From an archaeon (lineage in GTDB: Archaea > Nanobdellota > Nanobdellia > CSSed11-243R1): DNA of 64,000 nt. The translations under genes were made by a program, and so were the position numbers. Within the stretch, counting starts at the first letter, position 1; the number at the start of each line of letters is the position of its first letter. The notes below the pieces were generated by a model, which searched no databases, was not told where the DNA came from, and worked only from the letters and a program-made list of their open reading frames with translations. Location of the stretch: positions 8,735-72,734 of the forward strand of contig JAJRVP010000013.1 of assembly GCA_024277205.1 (NCBI GenBank). Direction: 5' to 3'. Positions 56,536 to 64,000 of the stretch are shown one piece after another.

Positions 56536-58077
56536 CTAAATGGCTTTTTCAATAAAAGTTAATACGTTGTTGTATAGTTCTTTTGCCACTGTTAAATCCA
56601 AGCCCATTGAAGCAAGTTTGTAAGGTCCACCTATTTGTGTTATTGGAACTGTTTTACCACTACCAATTTCTATCTTGATAACATCATCAATTGATTTAAT
56701 TCCATTTTCATAGAGAAGAGTTGCATAACGTCTTGGCAAAACACCCTCTTCCACCATTGTTCTTGCAACTTCTATCACTGGATCTTTTTTGCCGTAATTG
56801 TTTGCCGCTTTTATAAAATGTTCTGCAAATTTAATTTCAAAACCATATTTTTTAGCTATTCTTTTTGGTGTGCTTCTTTTTATTTCTTCAATTGTGATAT
56901 TATTCAAACTCTTGGTTGATAAAACAAAATCTTCAAAATTAACACTAAATTCATTCAGTACATTGCTTGCAGATTCATTTTTGTGATACAAATTTGCTGT
57001 TGTTATAATGTCCTCTGCAATCTCATAGCTGATTCCACAACTTATTAAGATTTGAGGGGTTGTCTTTTGTAAATCTCTCACTCTTCGGATACCCATATTC
57101 CTAAGAGTAGATAAATAGTCTGAAAGATCATTTATATCTATCATCCTCTGAAGCAAACACAAGCCCGAACTTTTTGAAATCATTTTCTTGCTTGTATAAA
57201 TCATTTCTTCTGCAATAATTTCTGGTATGCCCATTAATTTCAATTCTTCAACACTGGCTTCTGAAAGTTCCCCAACTGTCTTATAACTATTTCCATAGGG
57301 ATTTCTTTTTCCAAGTTCTAATGTATAATATTTTAACAGCCCTTCAAAATCAATAAAATCGTCTAAAAGAGAGATTAAATGTGGAATATCCTCATCTCCC
57401 TCTTGCACAATATTAATTTTGGCATACAATTCGCAACATTTATTTAGCATATATTGAATGTCATTAGACTCTCCCAAAATTTCTTCTAAGATAGCAAGAT
57501 ATGTTGGAAATTCATCATCGGAACGTATGGAGTTTCTAATATCTTGCATAAGTTCACTATCCTCCATAACTCCATTGATTTTGAGATAGTGAATTTCATC
57601 TCTATGCCCAGAATCTAGTGATGAATAAAAACTGAACAAAGGCCCAACAACATTTTCAATTAATAATGTTAATTCTTTAGTGGATTTTATCTCTCCTTTG
57701 TAAAAATCGTATTCGATTCGTGAGAGCATTTTTTGAACAGAATGCATTGCTTCATTGTATTGTTCGCGTTGAATTTCAGTTCCCCACATTGGTGTCTCTG
57801 GAATTTCATCTACGTCTTCAATTATAACGACATCTCCACAATTTCTACATTCTTCAATTTCTTCCTGCCAGAATTTATATTCAGAGTACAAGTGATATGC
57901 ATTATCAACTATTGTTTCTGCTTGTTCTTTACTTATCCCAAGCGCTCTTTGTATATCTTCTGGATCTGCAAATGCAACATCTTCTATTGTAAAATAACCT
58001 TCTCTTTCAAGAATTTCTTTTCTTTTTTCTCCAATATTTCTTATGTTATCTATGTCCATAATCTCCCTAATCGTCAT
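56536..58077 (-). CDS. multi-helix-hairpin-helix (HhH) repeat protein, function unknown (513 aa)
   Basis: Several HhH-like segments (e.g. NIGEKRKEILEREGYFTIEDVA, PKRIAKKYGFEIKFAEHF); no catalytic motif recognised. Confidence 0.5.
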   Translation of the reverse strand: MTIREIMDIDNIRNIGEKRKEILEREGYFTIEDVAFADPEDIQRALGISKEQAETIVDNAYHLYSEYKFWQEEIEECRNCGDVVIIEDVDEIPETPMWGTEIQREQYNEAMHSVQKMLSRIEYDFYKGEIKSTKELTLLIENVVGPLFSFYSSLDSGHRDEIHYLKINGVMEDSELMQDIRNSIRSDDEFPTYLAILEEILGESNDIQYMLNKCCELYAKINIVQEGDEDIPHLISLLDDFIDFEGLLKYYTLELGKRNPYGNSYKTVGELSEASVEELKLMGIPEIIAEEMIYTSKKMISKSSGLCLLQRMIDINDLSDYLSTLRNMGIRRVRDLQKTTPQILISCGISYEIAEDIITTANLYHKNESASNVLNEFSVNFEDFVLSTKSLNNITIEEIKRSTPKRIAKKYGFEIKFAEHFIKAANNYGKKDPVIEVARTMVEEGVLPRRYATLLYENGIKSIDDVIKIEIGSGKTVPITQIGGPYKLASMGLDLTVAKELYNNVLTFIEKAI

Positions 58078-58207
58078 TATTTCATAAGAGTTTATAATCT
58101 TTTCTATGGTTAAGTAGTGAAAAATTACTAAAATTACATCGAAAGGTTTATAAGTGGATTTGGGCTAAATTTTTTAAACTTTATGGTTGAGAAAGGGGGC
58201 TATTTAA

Positions 58208-59131
58208 ATGAAAATGGGTAAAAAAATTTCTAAATGTCCTGAATGCGGTTCTAAAAAGTTATACTGGGACAGAAGTCGTGGAGAAGTTATTTGCAAGGCA
58301 TGCGGCTTTGTAATTGAAGAGAGACTGATTGATTTTTCACAGGAATGGAGAGAATTTGACTCTGAACAAGGAGAATCACGAAGAAGGGTTGGCTCACCAC
58401 TAACCTTTACAAAACATGATAAAGGTTTGTCTACAAAAATTGGTAAGGCTGGCGACTTAACAAAAATGACACCATCTGAGAGAAGAATGTATTACAGGAT
58501 GAGAAAATGGCAAACACGAATTTCCACTCCTATTGAACGAAATTTAAAATTTGCATTAGCAGAACTAAAAAGAATTGCAAGTTTTTTAGATGTTCCAAAA
58601 ATTGCAGAAGAAGATGCTGCCATGATATACAGAATGGCTGCTGAAAAAGGATTAGTTAGAGGAAGAAGCATGGAATCTGTTGTTGCAGGAGCTCTTTATG
58701 CAGCTTGCAGAAGACATGGTGTGCCACGAACCCTTGATGAGATATCCCATGCATTTCCACTTGATAAAAAAGAAATTGGAAAAACATACAGATTTATCTG
58801 CAGAGAATTAAGAATTAGAATTTTACCAACCTCACCACAGGATTATGTACAAAGGTTTGCATCTGAGCTGAAATTAAAACCCAAAACAGTTTCAAAAGCA
58901 GTTGAGATAATCAAAAAAGCGAACAAACTTGAGATAACAAGTGGAAAAGGTCCAATGGGAATTGCAGCAGCAGCTCTTTATGTTGCAGCATTGCTTTCAG
59001 GTGAAAAGAAAACACAAAGAGATGTTGCAGATGTTGCAGGTGTAACAGAAGTTACAATAAGAAATCGTTACAAAGAACTTTTAGAAAAACTAAAGCTTGA
59101 GGATCAAATAAAGAAAATTCGTGAGAAATGA
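58208..59131 (+). CDS. tfb: transcription initiation factor IIB (TFB), canonical
   Basis: N-terminal Zn ribbon CPECGS...CKACG, B-reader/linker, two cyclin repeats; 307 aa. Confidence 0.92.
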   Translation: MKMGKKISKCPECGSKKLYWDRSRGEVICKACGFVIEERLIDFSQEWREFDSEQGESRRRVGSPLTFTKHDKGLSTKIGKAGDLTKMTPSERRMYYRMRKWQTRISTPIERNLKFALAELKRIASFLDVPKIAEEDAAMIYRMAAEKGLVRGRSMESVVAGALYAACRRHGVPRTLDEISHAFPLDKKEIGKTYRFICRELRIRILPTSPQDYVQRFASELKLKPKTVSKAVEIIKKANKLEITSGKGPMGIAAAALYVAALLSGEKKTQRDVADVAGVTEVTIRNRYKELLEKLKLEDQIKKIREK

Positions 59132-59148
59132 TAATTTTTTCTTTTTTA

Positions 59149-59562
59149 TTAAATATTTCTTTGCCAAGCGTCATTTGGCAAAGAAGCATAAATATCTTTT
59201 TCAGTTTCAGGTATTTGCTCTTGTCTATGGTTTTGTGGAGTTACTAACTCCCAATAATGTATATTCCAATTTCTCCATACCCGTTTCTTACGTCCGTACA
59301 AACAAAATGTTCCATTAATATACCATCTTTTAATTACTCCTTTATCAACCAACATATAAAATACTTCTCTATCCGTGTCTCTTAACATATTGTCTGGTAT
59401 TGCTTTGTGGAATCCAAATAAGTTTAACAAATATGTTGCTAAACTCTCAGCGTCGTGATTAGTAAAATCTTCAAAACGTTCTTGCAATATGTTGGTTAAT
59501 TCTTCTTTTTTTATATACATAGTCCCACTAAAAAGAGTAGTTTGTTCTAATTCCTTTACCAC
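59149..59562 (-). CDS. hypothetical protein (137 aa)
   Basis: ORF only. Confidence 0.4.
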   Translation of the reverse strand: MVKELEQTTLFSGTMYIKKEELTNILQERFEDFTNHDAESLATYLLNLFGFHKAIPDNMLRDTDREVFYMLVDKGVIKRWYINGTFCLYGRKKRVWRNWNIHYWELVTPQNHRQEQIPETEKDIYASLPNDAWQRNI

Positions 59563-60631
59563 TAAAATGAGTGCGCGATGCTTTAAAACCTTTTTTCTTC
59601 AACAATTTGACAATTTCATCAACTTTCATCTTTTCCTTTCCAATTTCATAGGCTTCATAAAAATAAGGCACATTGACTTTTGACTCTTCAAGAATACGCT
59701 TTAGGAATTTTTCATGCTTTACTTTTAGCGAATTGAGATTTAGGACAAATTCTAATTTTTTCTTGCGTTTAATTGTTGCGGGCTCAAATTTTATCATCTT
59801 TTCAACTAATTTTGCATCCCACAAATTACCCACATAAAGAGGCCCTCCAAAAGAGAGTTTGTTCCTACACTTGCATTTTTCGTGCATTTCAAATTTTGTT
59901 GCAAATCTCCTTTTGCATTTATTGCAATAATAGATAAATCCAATATTTTGCAAAACATTTTTAACATGACTTCTTTGCGATTGAAAATAAATTCTATAAT
60001 AATGTTGTGTAGCATGGGCGAAAATGGGTTTTAAGGAGATGTTCTGTTTTGCTCCAATTTCAATAACTGCTTTTGCCAAAATTCTAATACCAATTTCATG
60101 GCTAAATTTTGTTTTCAAAGAAAAAGAGCCATATTTTCTAAAACAAGTCCAAGGATAGACTCCAAAAAGTGGTGCTGTGTCTGTTGCTGTAACCGCAAGA
60201 ATTCCATCTTTTTCTAGTCGCGGGATTGCTTGATATACATATGTAATCGGAGAGCCAAAAGGGTCAATATCTATAAAATCAAATTTTTCTTTTATAGTTG
60301 TGAGAAGTTCATCAGCACGCTTATTCGTTATTTTTATTGGTTTAATCTCATTTAGTTTTGCATTTTTTCTTATCAATTTAACAGCTTCTTTATTTATGTC
60401 ATTAAACCAAACTTTTGCATTTGTTTCTTTTGCCAATCTCAACCCACGAGCACCGCTTGCAGCTAATAAGTCAAGAACTTTCTTTTTCCCAGTTGTATAA
60501 ATAAATAGAATAGAGATATCTCTGTCAAATTCCTTTGCTGGATTGTAAAAAACAGGGAGTTTTTTTGAAATTTTACCAAGAGTTACATAAAGTTTTGTCT
60601 TGCCTTCTGTGACAATTTCATATTTTTGCAT
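59528..60631 (-). CDS. trm1: tRNA (guanine26-N2)-dimethyltransferase Trm1
   Basis: Trm1 motifs (PVFYNPAKEFDRDISI, LDLLAASGARGLR) and C-terminal Zn finger (CNKCKRR...CKC); start set at the internal Met (MQKYEI) because the upstream extension is a hydrophobic artefact. Confidence 0.85.
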   Translation of the reverse strand: MQKYEIVTEGKTKLYVTLGKISKKLPVFYNPAKEFDRDISILFIYTTGKKKVLDLLAASGARGLRLAKETNAKVWFNDINKEAVKLIRKNAKLNEIKPIKITNKRADELLTTIKEKFDFIDIDPFGSPITYVYQAIPRLEKDGILAVTATDTAPLFGVYPWTCFRKYGSFSLKTKFSHEIGIRILAKAVIEIGAKQNISLKPIFAHATQHYYRIYFQSQRSHVKNVLQNIGFIYYCNKCKRRFATKFEMHEKCKCRNKLSFGGPLYVGNLWDAKLVEKMIKFEPATIKRKKKLEFVLNLNSLKVKHEKFLKRILEESKVNVPYFYEAYEIGKEKMKVDEIVKLLKKKGFKASRTHFSGKGIRTNYSF

Positions 60632-60671
60632 AATATTAAAAAACACAATTATCTTTTTAATGTTGTTGAAA

Positions 60672-61268
60672 ATGGAATCTTTGCTGAATAAAATCAAAAA
60701 AATAAGGAAAACAGAAATTAAAGAGTTAGTTGACAAAAGGATTGAAGAATTTAAATCATTCAGCAAAAAATCAAAAAAAGAGATTTTCAAGGAGCTCTGC
60801 TTTTGCATTTTAACTGCAAATTTTAATGCTGAAAGGAGCATAAAAATTCAAAAAGAAATTGGAGAAGGATTTCTCATGCTTTCTGAAAAGCAACTTGCCA
60901 AAAGACTTAAAGAATTGGGGCATCGCTTTCCAAATACAAGAGCAAAGTATATCGCTGAAGCACGAAAAAAGATTGATGAATTAAAATTTGATAGAAATTG
61001 GCTTGTAGAAAACATAAAGGGGATTGGCATGAAAGAAGCAAGCCACTTCTTGCGAAACATTGGATTTGATGATTTTGCCATAATCGATTTTCACATAATT
61101 GATATTCTTGAGAAAAATAAGTTGATTAATCGCCCAAAAACAATTACAAAGAAAAATTATATTGCTATTGAGAATATTTTGAAAAAAATAGCAAAAAAAG
61201 TAAAAATGGCTCTTTCTGAACTTGATTTATATCTCTGGTATCTTGAGACTGGTAAGGTGTTGAAGTAA
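60672..61268 (+). CDS. ogg: archaeal Ogg2-type 8-oxoguanine DNA glycosylase/AP lyase
   Basis: HhH-GPD-like NIKGIGMKEASHFLRNIGFDDFAIIDFHI; about 200 aa from the internal Met. Confidence 0.75.
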   Translation: MESLLNKIKKIRKTEIKELVDKRIEEFKSFSKKSKKEIFKELCFCILTANFNAERSIKIQKEIGEGFLMLSEKQLAKRLKELGHRFPNTRAKYIAEARKKIDELKFDRNWLVENIKGIGMKEASHFLRNIGFDDFAIIDFHIIDILEKNKLINRPKTITKKNYIAIENILKKIAKKVKMALSELDLYLWYLETGKVLK

Positions 61269-61553
61269 CTATTTTGAAAGTTCTTCTTCCACTTCTTTTT
61301 TTCCAGCTTCCAATTCCTCTACTTGTTCTTTGTCTAACTTTAACAGCAAAGCCTGAAATTCTCCAACATGGGTTTTCTCTTCTTTTGCTATGTCCAACAA
61401 TATCTTTTTAATGTCCTCGCTTTGTGCCATTGCAGCAAGCTGTTCATATAGATTAATTGCATCAAGCTCTGCAATTATCCCAACCCTTAAAATTTCTTCA
61501 TCAATTTTTTCTTTTTTGACTTTTTCTAAGTCAATTGGTAAATCTGACATCAT
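61269..61553 (-). CDS. small ferritin-like/rubrerythrin-like helical protein (94 aa)
   Basis: E-x-x-H motif (EEKTHVGEF) and acidic helical composition. Confidence 0.4.
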   Translation of the reverse strand: MMSDLPIDLEKVKKEKIDEEILRVGIIAELDAINLYEQLAAMAQSEDIKKILLDIAKEEKTHVGEFQALLLKLDKEQVEELEAGKKEVEEELSK

Positions 61554-61596
61554 TTTGTATCACCCTTTATTTTCTTAAAGTTATGACTTTAAATGC

Positions 61597-62421
61597 TTAT
61601 GTTTTTTGTGCAATAACTATATAACCAGATTCTGTAGTTACCAATTTATTGGAAATTTCTGATAATTCTTTTTTTAATTCTTGTTTAGCTTGTTCTCTTA
61701 ATTGTTCTGGTAGTTGGGACAAATAGGTTTCATTACTTTTAGCATTTACAACTCTTAAACAGTTTTGTATTGGAATATTTTCTTTAAATCTAAATGCTAT
61801 AATCTTCTGTACATCAAACCCAACATTGGTTAACATGTCTTCCAATTCGTGTTCTGTGTACACTTTCAAGCCCACCAATTCTTGACATGCTTCTTTTAAG
61901 TCACCATTATATTTTTTTATTACATTACGATATGCTTGTTGTATTTCACTATACCACTCTGGAGATGGGGCAATTATACCTACTTTTCCTCCATGTTTTA
62001 AAATCCTAAAAATTTCTTTTAAAAAAACGACGGGTTGCGGAATCCAATGGATTAGATATGAATTAACACAAATGTCAAATGTTTCATCTTCAAAATTTAA
62101 TTTTGTAACATCCCCAACAATAAATTCGAGATTGTCCAATTGCCACTCTTTTGCTTTTGTGGATGCAAGTTCAACCATCTTCTCAGATATATCTACCCCA
62201 ATCACAGAGCCATTTTTTATTATCTTGGCTATCTCTATAGACAGATATCCAGGTCCGCTTCCTAATTCTAAAACGTTTTCATTTTGCCCAATGTTCAATT
62301 CATGCATTAGAATTAGATATTGGCATAATTTGCAAGGAATTACAAATTCTTCATATTCCTTTGCAGTTTGGTTATATATTTCTTTTACTTCTTGCGAATT
62401 CGCAGTTGCAGAGGTACTCAC
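61597..62421 (-). CDS. class I SAM-dependent methyltransferase
   Basis: Motif I VLELGSGPGYLS, motif II (IGVDISE). Confidence 0.75.
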   Translation of the reverse strand: MSTSATANSQEVKEIYNQTAKEYEEFVIPCKLCQYLILMHELNIGQNENVLELGSGPGYLSIEIAKIIKNGSVIGVDISEKMVELASTKAKEWQLDNLEFIVGDVTKLNFEDETFDICVNSYLIHWIPQPVVFLKEIFRILKHGGKVGIIAPSPEWYSEIQQAYRNVIKKYNGDLKEACQELVGLKVYTEHELEDMLTNVGFDVQKIIAFRFKENIPIQNCLRVVNAKSNETYLSQLPEQLREQAKQELKKELSEISNKLVTTESGYIVIAQKT

Positions 62422-62449
62422 CTTTTACATTCATTTTTATCACTCTCCT

Positions 62450-64000
62450 TTATTGTTTTTTATATCTCTTCATTAATAAAGAATTTGCTACAACAGATAC
62501 AGAGCTAAACGCCATTGCAGTAGCAGCAATCATTGGATTTAGAACAATTCCAAATGTTGGATAAAGGACACCAGCAGCAATAGGTATACCAACAATATTG
62601 TAAAAGAAAGCCCAAAAAAGATTTTGTTTTATTTTTTTGATAGTATAACTACTCAACTCAATTGCTGTAACAACATCTCTTAAATCATCTTTTATTAATA
62701 TTACATCTCCTGTTTCCATTGCTATGTCTGTTCCAGAACCAATTGCTATGCCCAAATCTGCTTGAGCCAATGCTGGAGCATCATTAATTCCATCCCCCAC
62801 AAAACCAACAAGGTATCCCTTTGCTTGCAACTCTTTAATCTTTTTGGCTTTTTCTCCTGGCAAAACATGAGATAGGACATTTTCCTTTTTTATGCCAACT
62901 TGCTTTGCAATTGCATTTGCAGTCCTTTCATTGTCTCCTGTTATCAACCAGACTTCTTTACCAATATTTTGCAGTTTCATGACTGCTTCTTTTGAGAATT
63001 TTTTTAATGTATCTGCTACAGAGATTAATCCAACAATCTTTTTGTCAACTGCAACTAGAACAACAGTTTCACCCCTTTTTTCTAGAATTTCTAATTCTTT
63101 TTCAATAGTATCTGTATTTATTTTATGAAGTTTCATAAACTCTTTATTGCCAACATAAATCCATTTTTTTCTGTATTGGCATTTTATGCCCATTCCAGCA
63201 GAAGTTTCATATTTAGTACCTTTAGAATCTGTTAATTTTTTATTTTTTGCTTCATCTACAATTGCTTCCCCAATTGGATGCTCACTTCCTCTTTCAGCAA
63301 TGGCTGCAAATCTCAGAACATCTTTTTTTGTATATCTCCCCATTGGTGTAATATTCACTACTTTTGGTTCGCCCTTTGTTAAAGTTCCTGTTTTGTCAAA
63401 TACAATCACTTGTAATTTATGCGCTATTTCTAATGCTTTGGCTTCTTTGATAAGTATCCCTTTTTCAGCACCAAGACCAGTACCAACCATTATTGCGGTT
63501 GGTGTGGCCAATCCAAGAGCGCATGGGCAAGCTATGATTAAGACATTAATCAAAATTGTTAGTGCAAATACAAAAGACATGCCAACAAACACCCAAGATA
63601 AAAAACTAATTATGGAGATTAATATGACTAATGGAACAAAATATTTTGCAACTTTGTCTGCTATCAGTTGTATGGGTGCTTTTGACTCTTGAGCTTCCTT
63701 TACAATTTTTATTATTTGAGATAGAACTGTGTCTTTTCCAATTGCTGTTGCTTTAATTTTAAGAAGCCCAGATTTGTTTATTGTGGCACCAATTACTTTG
63801 TCCCCTTTCTTTTTAGTGATTGGAATACTTTCACCAGTTATTACTTTCTCATCTATTGCAGAAGTACCTTCAATTATAATGCCATCTACTGGAATTTTTT
63901 CACCAGGTTTAACAACAATTATATCCCCAATCTTTATTTTTTCAATTGGGATTCTGATTTCTTTTCCGTTTCTGACTATGCGCGCAGTTTTTGGTTGGAG
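62450..64000 (-). CDS. heavy-metal-translocating P-type ATPase (CopA-like), C-terminal part; gene continues beyond the window end
   Basis: CPC motif in a TM helix (IIACPCALG), DKTGTLT phosphorylation site, GDGINDAP hinge; the reading frame is open through position 64000 on the minus strand. Confidence 0.9.
   Translation of the reverse strand, partial: LQPKTARIVRNGKEIRIPIEKIKIGDIIVVKPGEKIPVDGIIIEGTSAIDEKVITGESIPITKKKGDKVIGATINKSGLLKIKATAIGKDTVLSQIIKIVKEAQESKAPIQLIADKVAKYFVPLVILISIISFLSWVFVGMSFVFALTILINVLIIACPCALGLATPTAIMVGTGLGAEKGILIKEAKALEIAHKLQVIVFDKTGTLTKGEPKVVNITPMGRYTKKDVLRFAAIAERGSEHPIGEAIVDEAKNKKLTDSKGTKYETSAGMGIKCQYRKKWIYVGNKEFMKLHKINTDTIEKELEILEKRGETVVLVAVDKKIVGLISVADTLKKFSKEAVMKLQNIGKEVWLITGDNERTANAIAKQVGIKKENVLSHVLPGEKAKKIKELQAKGYLVGFVGDGINDAPALAQADLGIAIGSGTDIAMETGDVILIKDDLRDVVTAIELSSYTIKKIKQNLFWAFFYNIVGIPIAAGVLYPTFGIVLNPMIAATAMAFSSVSVVANSLLMKRYKKQ

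Overview
AT-rich archaeal chromosomal segment with a compact DPANN/nanoarchaeal-like feel: split rpoB and rpoA, many short and overlapping genes, and multi-intron tRNAs. Most of the window is conserved information-processing operons. One is rpoB''-rpoB'-rpoA'-rpoA''-L30e-NusA-S12-S7, then pyrG and a hypothetical gene, then EF-2, EF-1alpha and S10. Others are Alba-S17e, S8e, LSm-L37e, canonical TFB, Trm1 and Ogg, plus the pyrimidine operon pyrF-pyrE-pyrD-pyrK. The second half of the window looks accessory. It holds a cluster of aminoacyl-tRNA-synthetase-like genes (a standalone AsnA-like class IIb core, a short archaeal-type LeuRS, and a truncated ProRS-like gene) interleaved with an MccF-like S66 LD-carboxypeptidase, a HIT hydrolase, an amidohydrolase and a methyltransferase. 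This is followed by an island punctuated by four minus-strand tRNA genes (Thr-UGU, Met-CAU, Ala-GGC, Lys-CUU) that each carry one or two introns, including introns in the D-loop and T-loop, which appear to share a conserved sequence family. That island carries a tight operon of a PF04008-like gene, a CYTH gene and a HIT gene, a minimal nucleotidyltransferase, a SWIM zinc-finger gene and Zn-ribbon genes. Other notable genes are a solo Cas4-like 4-Cys PD-(D/E)xK nuclease with no CRISPR array, a second short TFB paralog, an FmrO/Rmt-like methyltransferase, and an operon of a MacB-like ABC transporter, a coiled-coil protein and a surface protein. All calls come from reading the ORF translations and hand-folding RNA; no database search was run.
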